Shown piece by piece: positions 1-8,320 of a DNA stretch of 64,000 nt (position 1 is the stretch's first letter; each line of letters starts with the position of its first letter). This DNA is from an uncultured Acidobacteriota bacterium (GTDB lineage Bacteria; Acidobacteriota; Thermoanaerobaculia; Gp7-AA8): assembly GCA_963822445.1 (NCBI GenBank), contig CAWGHO010000002.1:1440001-1504000 (forward strand), written 5' to 3'. The notes beneath the pieces are model-generated. The model searched no databases, was not told the DNA's origin, and was given only the letters and a program-made list of their open reading frames with translations. The position numbers and the translations under genes are program-made.

Positions 1-828
1 CACGAGGTCGTGCTCGTCGTTGCGCAGCCGGACAAGCCGGCGGGCCGCGGGATGAAGATGCACGCGCCGCCGGTGATGGTGAAGGCGCGCGAGCTGGGAT
101 TGCCCGTCGCGCAGCCGGCGAAGATTCGCACCGCCGAGTTTCTCGATTCGATCCGCGCGCTCGCGCCGGACGTGGGGATCGTCGTTGCGTACGGCAGGAT
201 TCTTCCGGCGGCGCTGCTCGAGATTCCGGCGCGCGGCTTTCTCAACATCCACGGGTCGATCCTGCCGAAGTACCGTGGGGCCGCGCCGATTCAGCGCGCG
301 ATCGAACATGGGGAGAAGGTCACCGGCGTGACGATCATGCGCGTCGATGAGGAGCTCGATCACGGCCCGATGCTGCGCGTGGCCGCGACCGACATCGGTC
401 CCGACGAGCGCACGCCTGCGCTGGCGCGGCGGCTCGCAGAGATCGGCGCGAAGGCGCTCCTCGATGTCCTGCGCGACTGGCCGGCGGAAACTCCGCAGGA
501 TCACATGAATGCGACCCTTGCCCCGAAGATCGAGAAGAGCGAGTCGCGGATCACCTTCGAAGAACCGGCGGCGACGATCTACAACCGCTTCCGCGCTTTC
601 GATCCCTGGCCGGGGATCACCTTCGGCGAGTTGAAGCTGACCGACGTCGCGGTGGCTGAGGGTTCCGGGGCGCCGGGGACGATCCTGTCGATCGAGGACA
701 GCGTTGTCGTCGCGGCCGGTGAAGGCGCGATCCGCATCAACGAGCTCCAGCGTCCCGGAAAGCCGCGGACCGCGGCCGGTGCCGTTGCGCGTGGTCTCGG
801 CTGGCGAGTGGGCGAGCGCGCGTCATGA
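1..828 (+). CDS. fmt: Methionyl-tRNA formyltransferase (5' truncated by window edge)
   Basis: QPDKPAGRG, VVAYGRILP, NIHGSILPKYRGAAPIQ motifs; frame open from base 1. Confidence 0.96.
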   Translation, partial: HEVVLVVAQPDKPAGRGMKMHAPPVMVKARELGLPVAQPAKIRTAEFLDSIRALAPDVGIVVAYGRILPAALLEIPARGFLNIHGSILPKYRGAAPIQRAIEHGEKVTGVTIMRVDEELDHGPMLRVAATDIGPDERTPALARRLAEIGAKALLDVLRDWPAETPQDHMNATLAPKIEKSESRITFEEPAATIYNRFRAFDPWPGITFGELKLTDVAVAEGSGAPGTILSIEDSVVVAAGEGAIRINELQRPGKPRTAAGAVARGLGWRVGERAS

Positions 829-1961
829 GCGATCGCGAGCGCGCCCTTCACCTGTTGCAACGCATCGAGCGCGAGAACCTTTACGCCTCCCTTCTGCTCA
901 TGGGCGAAACGGGCTTCGTGCGCACGGTCGTTCTGGGTGTCTTGCGCTGGCGCTCGCGGCTCGACTTCGTCATCGAGCATTACGCGCAGCGGCCGCTGAA
1001 GAAGCTCGATCCGCCGGTCGTCGACGCGTTGCGCAGCGGCGTCTATCAACTGCTGTTCATGGATGTGCCGGCGTACGCGGCCGTGTCGGAAACCGTTGAT
1101 CTCGCGCCGAAACGCGCGCGCGGATTCGTAAACGCCGTGCTTCGCAAGGCTTCGAAGCCCGTCGAGCCGCCTGACGTCGCCACGCGCACCGCCCATCCGC
1201 GATGGCTCCTCGATCGCTGGTCGAATGTCTTTGGGGCGGAACGCGCGGCGAAGATCGCAACCGCGAATCAGGAGCTGTCGTATCCGGACGTGCTCTCGCT
1301 CGGCGGTACGAGGCCGCCGGACGCGGAGCCATCGAAGCTCGTCTCTGAGTTGTGGAAGCTGCACGGATCCTCGGCCGAGCTCGATCGCGAGCAGTTTCAT
1401 CCGATGGACGAAGGAAGCGCGGTCATCGCCGCGATCGCGCGTGCCTGCGGCGACGACATCCTCGACCTGGCCGCGGCGCCCGGCGGGAAAACGATCTACA
1501 TGCGCCATCGCGGCGCGCGCGTCGTCGCCAACGACGTCTCGCCGACGCGCATGCGCCCGCTCCTCGCGCGCGGCGCAAACGCGGTCGTGAGCGACGGCCG
1601 GCGTCCGCCGTTCAACCGCAAGTTCGAAGTGGTGTTGCTCGATGCGCCGTGCAGCGCGACAGGGACGATTCGCAAGAATCCGGAGATCAAGTGGCGGTGG
1701 CGCGAGAACGACCTGGCCGCTTTCGCGAAGTTGCAGCGTGAGCTGCTCGCCAGCGCGATGACGCTCGCAAGCAGGTACGTCGTCTACTCGACCTGTTCAC
1801 TCGAGCCGGAAGAAAACGACGCGGTGGTGGAAGGGTTGGAGCGCGCGGACGTCGTCGAGTTTGCCCCGGAGGGAGCGCGCGCGTGGGTCGAGAACGGCGT
1901 GTTGCGGCTCACGCCGGAATCGGGCGCGGACGGGTTCACCTGCTTTGTGATTGCCGTCTGA
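825..1961 (+). CDS. rsmB: 16S rRNA m5C967 methyltransferase RsmB/Sun (compact form)
   Basis: NusB-like N-terminus; DLAAAPGGKT, DAPCS, YSTCS motifs; ATGA overlap with fmt. Confidence 0.9.
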   Translation: MSDRERALHLLQRIERENLYASLLLMGETGFVRTVVLGVLRWRSRLDFVIEHYAQRPLKKLDPPVVDALRSGVYQLLFMDVPAYAAVSETVDLAPKRARGFVNAVLRKASKPVEPPDVATRTAHPRWLLDRWSNVFGAERAAKIATANQELSYPDVLSLGGTRPPDAEPSKLVSELWKLHGSSAELDREQFHPMDEGSAVIAAIARACGDDILDLAAAPGGKTIYMRHRGARVVANDVSPTRMRPLLARGANAVVSDGRRPPFNRKFEVVLLDAPCSATGTIRKNPEIKWRWRENDLAAFAKLQRELLASAMTLASRYVVYSTCSLEPEENDAVVEGLERADVVEFAPEGARAWVENGVLRLTPESGADGFTCFVIAV

Positions 1962-1963
1962 TG

Positions 1964-2075
1964 AGTTTATCCCGCGCGGAGACGCGGGATCTCTTCGTGC
2001 ACCGCGACGGCCGTAGCGACAGCGCGAGTCTCGTTCGTGCACCGGGAGATCCCGCGTCTGCGCGCGGGATAAACT
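1964..2075. repeat. Palindromic MITE/REP-like element, family A
   Basis: ~30-bp terminal inverted repeats AGTTTATCCCGCGCG-AGACGCGGGATCTC ... GAGATCCCGCGTCT-CGCGCGGGATAAACT; related copies at 44148-44388 and a partial end at 39500-39518. Confidence 0.9.
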
Positions 2076-2082
2076 GGGAAAA

Positions 2083-4017
2083 ATGCCGCGCGACCTCCCC
2101 ATCGGCAACGGCTCGCTGCTCGTCGCCTTCGATTCGCAGTACCGTCTTGCCGATTTCTACTTTCCCCGCGTGGGGATGGAGAACCAGGCGGCGGCGCGGT
2201 TCCGGTTCGGCGTCCACGTCGATGACGCGACGCATTGGACCGACGACCCGCCCTGGCAGCGCACGCTCGACTATCTGCGCGACACGCTCGTCACTGATGT
2301 CCTCCTGCAGAACGACGCCATCGGCATTCGCCTCCGCTGCTACGACACCATCGACCCCGATGCGAACGTGTACGTGCGCAAGATCGTCGTGCGCAACCTT
2401 CGCGAAGAGGCTCGCGACCTCAAGCTCCTCTTCCATCACGACTTCGCGCTGTACGGCAACGGCATCGGCGACACGGCTCTGTACGAGCCGACCTCGCGCG
2501 GCCTGATTCACTACAAGGCCAAGCGTTTCGTGCTCATCAACTGCGACGCCGGCGTCAGCGAATACGCGTGCGGGAAGAGCACGACCATCGGCGGCGATCC
2601 CACCTGGACGATGATCGACGGCCATCTGTCGATGAGCCCCATCGCCCAGGGAGCGGTGGAGTCGACGATCGCCATTCCGGTGCGGCTCGACGCCACCGGC
2701 AGCGCGACCGTCTTTTACTGGATGTGCGCGGGCCGCACGCACGACGAGGTGCGCAAGCTCGACGAACAGGTGCGCGGCGAGACTCCGGCGCACGTGCTGT
2801 CGCGCACCGGCTCGCACTGGTACACGTGGGTGAACAAGGCCGACGTCGATCTCGAGGATCTGCCCGACGAGATCGCTGACCTTTATCGCCGCTCGCTGCT
2901 CATCGTCGCCACGCAATGCGACCGCGGCGGCGCGATCATCGCCGCGAACGACTCCGACATTCAGTGGGGTCACAACGACCATTACTCGTACATGTGGACG
3001 CGCGACGCCGCCTTCGTCTGCGACGCGCTGGACCGCGCCGGCTATCCCGAGATCACCCGGCGCTTCCTGCTGTTCGCGAACCGGGTGATCCTCGACGAGG
3101 GCTTCTTCCTCCACAAGTACAACCCCGACGGCTCGCCCGCGCCGCTCTGGCATCCCTGGGTGCGCGACGGCAAGCCGCAGTTGCCCATTCAGCTCGACGA
3201 GACGGCGCTCGTGATCTGGCTCGTCGCGCGCCATTACGAGCGGACGCGCGATCTCGATCTTCTGCGCGACGTCTATCAGCGGCTGGTCGTGAAGCCCGCG
3301 GATTTTCTCGTGCGCTACCGCGACAGCGAGCTTTGTCTGCCGCAGCCCTGCTTCGATTTGTGGGAGGAGCGCCAGGGCACCTTCACTTTCACCTGCGCAA
3401 CGGTGTGGGCGGCGCTCGACGCGGCCGCGAATCTCGCCAATCTCTTCAACGATCAGGAGCGCCGCGCCACCTACTCGAAGGCAGCGAGCGAGCTCCGCGA
3501 GTCGATGAAAAAGCATCTCTGGCTCGAGGACGAAGGTCGCTTTGCGCGCGGCATCACTCTGACCGGCGAGATCGACAAGACCGTCGACGCCTCCGCCTTC
3601 GCTACGTTCTACCTCGGCGTTTTCCCACCGACCAGCGCGATGGTGACCGGAACGATGCGCGCCATCCGCGACCGCCTCGGCGTGCAGACCGATGCCGGCG
3701 GCATCGCCCGCTACGAGAACGACGCCTATCACCGCATTTCCGACGAGACCAGCCGCGTGCCGGGAAATCCCTGGATCATCTGCACGCTCTGGCTGGCGGA
3801 GCACACCATCGCATCGGCCGCATCCGCGGAAGAGCTGCAATCTGCACTCGACCTTGTGCGATGGGCGCGATCGAAAGCGACGGCTTCGCTGGTGCTGCCC
3901 GAGCAGATCCACCCGTACGACGGTCAGCCGCTGTCGGTGGCTCCTCTCACATGGAGTCACGCGCAGGTAATTTCAGTCGTCCTCGGATACCTCGAACGCG
4001 CGCGTTCGCTGCGTTGA
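2083..4017 (+). CDS. Glycoside hydrolase family 15 (glucoamylase-like)
   Basis: YSYMWTRD, QLDETA, DLWEE, LPEQ, PLTWSHA motifs. Confidence 0.9.
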   Translation: MPRDLPIGNGSLLVAFDSQYRLADFYFPRVGMENQAAARFRFGVHVDDATHWTDDPPWQRTLDYLRDTLVTDVLLQNDAIGIRLRCYDTIDPDANVYVRKIVVRNLREEARDLKLLFHHDFALYGNGIGDTALYEPTSRGLIHYKAKRFVLINCDAGVSEYACGKSTTIGGDPTWTMIDGHLSMSPIAQGAVESTIAIPVRLDATGSATVFYWMCAGRTHDEVRKLDEQVRGETPAHVLSRTGSHWYTWVNKADVDLEDLPDEIADLYRRSLLIVATQCDRGGAIIAANDSDIQWGHNDHYSYMWTRDAAFVCDALDRAGYPEITRRFLLFANRVILDEGFFLHKYNPDGSPAPLWHPWVRDGKPQLPIQLDETALVIWLVARHYERTRDLDLLRDVYQRLVVKPADFLVRYRDSELCLPQPCFDLWEERQGTFTFTCATVWAALDAAANLANLFNDQERRATYSKAASELRESMKKHLWLEDEGRFARGITLTGEIDKTVDASAFATFYLGVFPPTSAMVTGTMRAIRDRLGVQTDAGGIARYENDAYHRISDETSRVPGNPWIICTLWLAEHTIASAASAEELQSALDLVRWARSKATASLVLPEQIHPYDGQPLSVAPLTWSHAQVISVVLGYLERARSLR

Positions 4018-4099
4018 CTTTCGAGAATCCTTTACCTAGATTGTCGAGCGATCCGCACAACTGAGTGTCCCGTCTGGAGCGAAAACAGGAGGACGTTTT

Positions 4100-4402
4100 A
4101 TGGCTGGTAAGGGTGACGTCATCAACGCGATCGCCGAACAGGCAGGCATCTCCAAAAAGGAAGCGACGGCGGCGTTCGATGCATTCGTCGGATACATCTC
4201 CGACTCCTGTCAGCGCGGCGACCGCTGCGCGATCCCGGGCCTGGGCAGTTTCTCGGTGACCGACCGCAAGGCGCGCGAGGGCCGCAACCCGCGCACCAAG
4301 GAAACCATCACCATCCCCGCTTCGAAGAACGTGCGCTTCAAAGCCGGCAAGGACCTGCGCGACGTGCTCAACACCGCGCCGCGGAAAAAGGGCAAGAAGT
4401 AG
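4100..4402 (+). CDS. hup: HU family DNA-binding protein
   Basis: GLGSF, AREGRNPRTKETITIPA, FKAGK; AGGAGG RBS. Confidence 0.95.
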   Translation: MAGKGDVINAIAEQAGISKKEATAAFDAFVGYISDSCQRGDRCAIPGLGSFSVTDRKAREGRNPRTKETITIPASKNVRFKAGKDLRDVLNTAPRKKGKK

Positions 4403-4408
4403 CGCGAG

Positions 4409-5425
4409 CTACGTCGCCCACTTGCGCGGCATGAACAGCCGCTCGTAGAGATTCAGCGCGTAGCGATCGGTCATTCCGGCGATGAAGTCGATGGCCAGCC
4501 GTTCCACCGGCTCGTCCGGCTGCATGTCCAGGAACTCCTCCGGGTGAGCGATGACGTACTCGAAGATCGCCACCAGGATCTTCTGCGCTTTCTCGAACTC
4601 ACCGCGCACCGTCGGGGTGAGGTACATGTTCTCGAACATGTATTTGCGCAGTGCTTCGAGCGACTCGAGCACTTCTGCGGTCATGTTGATGGCCTCGTAA
4701 TCGATGGCCAGCGTGGCGTTGATCACGTCGCGAACCATGCGATCGATGCGCTCGCTGCCTTTGCGGCCGAGGGTCTTGCGGATGTCTTTGGGGATGTCGG
4801 ATTCAGCGATGATCCCCGCGCGGATGCCGTCGTCGATGTCGTGATTCACGTAGGCGATGATGTCGGAGATGCGCACGATGTCGCCTTCGAGCGTCAGCGC
4901 GCGTGATTTCGGCCGCTTCCGCAGAAGCTCGCCCTTTTCACCTTTGGAGTGCTTGAGGATTCCATCGCGCACTTCGATGGTGAGGTTGAGGTCTTCGAGC
5001 ACTTCCACCACGCGCACGGATTGGCGGTAGTGGTCGAAGCCGCCTTTGACGAGCTTGTTCAGCGCGGCCTCTCCGGCATGGCCGAATGCGGAGTGTCCGA
5101 GGTCGTGGCCGAGGCCGATCGCTTCGGTGAGGACTTCGTTGAGGCGGAGCGATTTCGCGATCGTCCGTGCGATCTGCGTGACTTCGAGGACGTGCGTGAG
5201 GCGGGTGCGGTAGTGATCGCCTTCCGGCGCGAGGAAGACCTGGGTCTTGTGTTTGAGGCGGCGGAACGCTTTCGAGTGAATGATGCGATCGCGATCGCGC
5301 TGATACGACGGGCGGAGGTCGTCCTCCGGCTCGATGCGGTCGCGGCCGCGCGTCTCGCTGCTCTTTGCGGCGCGCGGCACGAGCGTGTCGTGCTCGATGC
5401 GCTCGAGCATTTCGCGGATGGTCAT
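4409..5425 (-). CDS. dgt: Deoxyguanosinetriphosphate triphosphohydrolase (HD domain)
   Basis: RDRDRIIHSKAFRRLKHKTQV, RTRLTH, GHDLGH, FIAGMTDRYA. Confidence 0.93.
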   Translation of the reverse strand: MTIREMLERIEHDTLVPRAAKSSETRGRDRIEPEDDLRPSYQRDRDRIIHSKAFRRLKHKTQVFLAPEGDHYRTRLTHVLEVTQIARTIAKSLRLNEVLTEAIGLGHDLGHSAFGHAGEAALNKLVKGGFDHYRQSVRVVEVLEDLNLTIEVRDGILKHSKGEKGELLRKRPKSRALTLEGDIVRISDIIAYVNHDIDDGIRAGIIAESDIPKDIRKTLGRKGSERIDRMVRDVINATLAIDYEAINMTAEVLESLEALRKYMFENMYLTPTVRGEFEKAQKILVAIFEYVIAHPEEFLDMQPDEPVERLAIDFIAGMTDRYALNLYERLFMPRKWAT

Positions 5426-5435
5426 GCGGCGGATG

Positions 5436-5876
5436 CTACAGCGTGAGCTCGAGAAAGCGCGAACCGGGGACGGGGTTGTAGCGATATGGCTCGACGTCGA
5501 CGAACCCGAGCGACTCGTACAGCGCCATCGCCGCGGTCATCGTCGGAAGTGTGTCGAGACGCATCGTCCGATAGCCGCGGCTTCGCGCCTCTGCGATGAC
5601 GCGCACAGCGAGCGCGCGGCCGAGGTCCCGGCCGCGGTATTTGGGGCGGACGTAGAGACGTTTCATCTCGCAGGTGGTGGCGTCGAGTTGGCGGAGGGCG
5701 ACGCAGGCGGCGATTTCGTTTCTTTCAAAAGCACAGAGGATCGTCACGTAGAAATCCGGCAGTGCCGCCAGCTCCTCGTCGAATTTCTGGAAGGCGAGAT
5801 CGATCCCCGTCGACTCCGCGTATTCGCGAAAGATCGAGCGGACCTCGTCCATGTCGGACGCGGGGTCGATGCGCAT
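5436..5876 (-). CDS. GNAT family N-acetyltransferase
   Basis: CEMKRLYVRPKYRGRDLG, LDTL, ALYESLGF. Confidence 0.9.
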   Translation of the reverse strand: MRIDPASDMDEVRSIFREYAESTGIDLAFQKFDEELAALPDFYVTILCAFERNEIAACVALRQLDATTCEMKRLYVRPKYRGRDLGRALAVRVIAEARSRGYRTMRLDTLPTMTAAMALYESLGFVDVEPYRYNPVPGSRFLELTL

Positions 5877-6667
5877 CAGCCGGCCAGCGTGCCGCGGAGG
5901 ATGGTCACGGCCTTGCCGCCGAGCTTCACGCGGTCGCCTTCGTGGCGCACCCGGACGTAGCCGCCGCGCCGCGAGGCTTGGAAGCCGGTCAGTTCCTGTT
6001 TGCCGAGCCGCGCGGACCAGTACGGCGCGAGGCAGCAGTGCGCGGAGCCGGTCACGGGATCCTCATCGACGCCGGAGCCGGGAGCGAAGAAGCGCGAGAC
6101 GAAATTGGCGGCGGTCGTCGATGCGGCGCGGCTGGTGACGATCACGCCGCGCACGTCGATCTTGCGGAGCTGGGCGTGATCGGGATCCAGAGCGCGGACC
6201 GCTTCTTCCGACTCGACCTCGATCAGGTAATCGAATTTGTTCCGGCCGACGTAAACCGGGTCGGTGATGCCGAGCGGTTCCAGCAGACCCGGTTCGGGCT
6301 CCGACTTCGTTTCGGGCGTTGCCGGGAAATCGAGCTCGATCACATCGCCGTCGCGTTCGGCGGTGAGCAGGCCGCTTTTCGTGTGGAAGCGGATCGGCTC
6401 GTTCGAATCCCAAAGGTGTTCTTCCCAGAGCGCGTGAGCGCTCGCGAGCGTGGCATGGCCGCAGATCGCGACTTCGATGGCGGGAGTGAACCAGCGCAGG
6501 AGGAATCCGTTGTCGCGCGGCAGGAGGAAGGCGGTGGCGGAGAGGTTCATCTCCGCGGCCAGGCTATGCATCCACGTCTCGTCCCGCTCGCGGTCGAGAA
6601 CACAGACCGCGGCGGGATTCCCTCGAAAGGGCTGAGACGTGAATGCGTCGATGTGGAGCAGGAGCAG
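5876..6667 (-). CDS. PhzF family isomerase/epimerase (start uncertain, possibly CTG)
   Basis: IDAFT..FRGNPAAV N-terminal motif lies in frame upstream of the ATG at 6571; CGHAT and EDPVTGSAH motifs. Confidence 0.85.
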   Translation of the reverse strand: MLLLHIDAFTSQPFRGNPAAVCVLDRERDETWMHSLAAEMNLSATAFLLPRDNGFLLRWFTPAIEVAICGHATLASAHALWEEHLWDSNEPIRFHTKSGLLTAERDGDVIELDFPATPETKSEPEPGLLEPLGITDPVYVGRNKFDYLIEVESEEAVRALDPDHAQLRKIDVRGVIVTSRAASTTAANFVSRFFAPGSGVDEDPVTGSAHCCLAPYWSARLGKQELTGFQASRRGGYVRVRHEGDRVKLGGKAVTILRGTLAG

Positions 6668-6668
6668 G

Positions 6669-6693
6669 AGATCCCTCGACTTCGCTCGGGATG
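6669..6693. repeat. Short REP-like hairpin (CATCCCGAGCGAAGTCGAGGGATCT on minus strand)
   Basis: ATCCC...GGGAT stem with TTCG core; resembles GTCATCCCGAGC-type bacterial repeats as I recall them; single copy here. Confidence 0.45.
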
Positions 6694-6700
6694 TCGGCGA

Positions 6701-7477
6701 TTACATCGCCGCCACCTTGCCCGACTTGCCGTACAGCAGCCGGACGGCGATGAAGCCGATGGCGATCACGCCGGCCAGGCAGATGTCGCGCGCGGTGTTT
6801 CCGAACATCGTCGGGAAGTGGTTGCTGATCATCGTGAAGACCAGCGGCACGGACATGAACGTGTTGTGGCGCGAGCGCAGGGTCGCCTGCGCGACGAGCG
6901 CGGCGTCGGGAGGTGTTCCTTCCTTCGTCGCGGCGATGATCTTCTTCTGGTAAGGCCAGATCACCATCCAGACGTTCGCGGCCATCATCGTGCCGAAGAT
7001 CAGGCCCGCGTGAATGTAAAGCGAGCGTCCGCTGAACTTGCCGACGTACTCGAGGAACAGATACGCGGCGGCGAAGAGAAGCAGCACGATCGTGTTGGCC
7101 ACGATCACGTTCTTCACGGACTTCATGACGATGTTGTAGAGCAGGAAGCCGATGACGAGGATCACCACCACGATGCCCAGCCAGAGCCAGACGTCGGTGC
7201 GGCTCGTGTCTTCGAACACGATCTTCTGGTGGTAATAAATGATGCCGCCGAGGAGGATGCCGGTGATCCAGGTCCAGGCGGCGCCCCAGCGGAACCAGTA
7301 GAGCGCCCGGGGCATCAGCTCTGGGACGACGATCTTCTTGGTGGGTCCGTCCAGCGCTTTGGCAACGTGCGCATTCACCCAGTTGAAAAAGTAAAGGTGG
7401 CCGATCCAGATGATGCCCGCGACCACATGCGCCCAGCGCAGGACCAGATTCAGCAAGTCAGTTACGTGCTGCGGCAT
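6701..7477 (-). CDS. Urate hydroxylase PuuD-like membrane protein (Urate_ox_N/DUF989), no cytochrome c domain
   Basis: LRWAHVVAGIIWIG, MAANVWMVIWPYQKK, RSRHNTF, MISNHFP. Confidence 0.8.
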   Translation of the reverse strand: MPQHVTDLLNLVLRWAHVVAGIIWIGHLYFFNWVNAHVAKALDGPTKKIVVPELMPRALYWFRWGAAWTWITGILLGGIIYYHQKIVFEDTSRTDVWLWLGIVVVILVIGFLLYNIVMKSVKNVIVANTIVLLLFAAAYLFLEYVGKFSGRSLYIHAGLIFGTMMAANVWMVIWPYQKKIIAATKEGTPPDAALVAQATLRSRHNTFMSVPLVFTMISNHFPTMFGNTARDICLAGVIAIGFIAVRLLYGKSGKVAAM

Positions 7478-7501
7478 AGCCTTCTCCTAGATGAAGTGAT
7501 T

Positions 7502-7594
7502 GTGGTTAGTCGCTAGTCGTTAGTGGTTAGTCGTTAGTAGTCCGTCTCGCCATCAGCCTCTACTAACGACTAATCACTAACGACTAACGACTAA
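7502..7594. repeat. Inverted array of 7-nt units (TAGTCGT)n ... (ACGACTA)n
   Basis: About five heptamers per arm, complementary arms, ~20-nt spacer. Confidence 0.85.
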
Positions 7595-7621
7595 AAGTTG
7601 GGGTAGCCTGCGATCGATTAT

Positions 7622-8320
7622 ATGAGTGAATTCGAGCGAAAAGTGGCCGTCGTCACCGGCGCGTCATCAGGCATCGGACAGCGCACCGCGGAGATGCTCG
7701 CCGATCGCGGCGCGCACGTCGTGATTGCAGCGCGATCCGAGTCGAAGCTGCGGGAAGTCGCGGCCTCGAGGGGGATGCATGCCGTTGCCGGCGACGTGTC
7801 CGAGGGCGCGTTCATCGAGCGGCTGTTCGCCGAAACCGAGTCCCGTTTCGGGCCTTGCGACGTGCTGATCAACAACGCCGGCATGATCGATCCCGGGCCG
7901 CTGGTCGACGTCACACCCGAGCGTTGGGAACGGATGTTCGCCGTCAACGTGCACTCGATTTACCTGGCCTGCCGCCGCGCGCTGCCTTCGATGATCGGGC
8001 GGAAGACAGGGTCGATCGTGAACGTCGCCTCCATTTCCGGGGTCATCGGACCGGAGAAATTTCCGGGATGGGTTTCTTACTGCGCGAGCAAGGGCGCGGT
8101 GATCTCGCTGACGGAAGCGCTCGCGATCGAACTGAAACCGCACGGCGTGCGGGTGAACAGCATCAGCCCGGGCTCGGTCGATACGAAGATGTGGGCCGAT
8201 GCCAGCGGAGGCGCGCCGGCGTCGGCGACGCCGGACAACGTTGCCGAAGCGATCCTGTTTCTTGCATCGGAACGGTCGCGGCCGATGAACGGACAGGACC
8301 TGCGTGCGTACCCTGCGTGA
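7622..8320 (+). CDS. SDR family oxidoreductase
   Basis: TGASSGIG, NNAG, YCASK, VNSISPG. Confidence 0.93.
   Translation: MSEFERKVAVVTGASSGIGQRTAEMLADRGAHVVIAARSESKLREVAASRGMHAVAGDVSEGAFIERLFAETESRFGPCDVLINNAGMIDPGPLVDVTPERWERMFAVNVHSIYLACRRALPSMIGRKTGSIVNVASISGVIGPEKFPGWVSYCASKGAVISLTEALAIELKPHGVRVNSISPGSVDTKMWADASGGAPASATPDNVAEAILFLASERSRPMNGQDLRAYPA

Noticed and set aside
1936-3960. 674-aa antisense ORF opposite GH15, and similar long shadow ORFs (5762-7516, 31698-33659, 45239-47005, 61597-63906)
   Set aside because: Expected in high-GC DNA with biased codons; no recognisable motifs; the opposite strand holds a clear gene.
4409-5425. dGTPase as an anti-phage defence gene
   Set aside because: Looks like the short housekeeping type, has host-like codon usage and no defence-island context.
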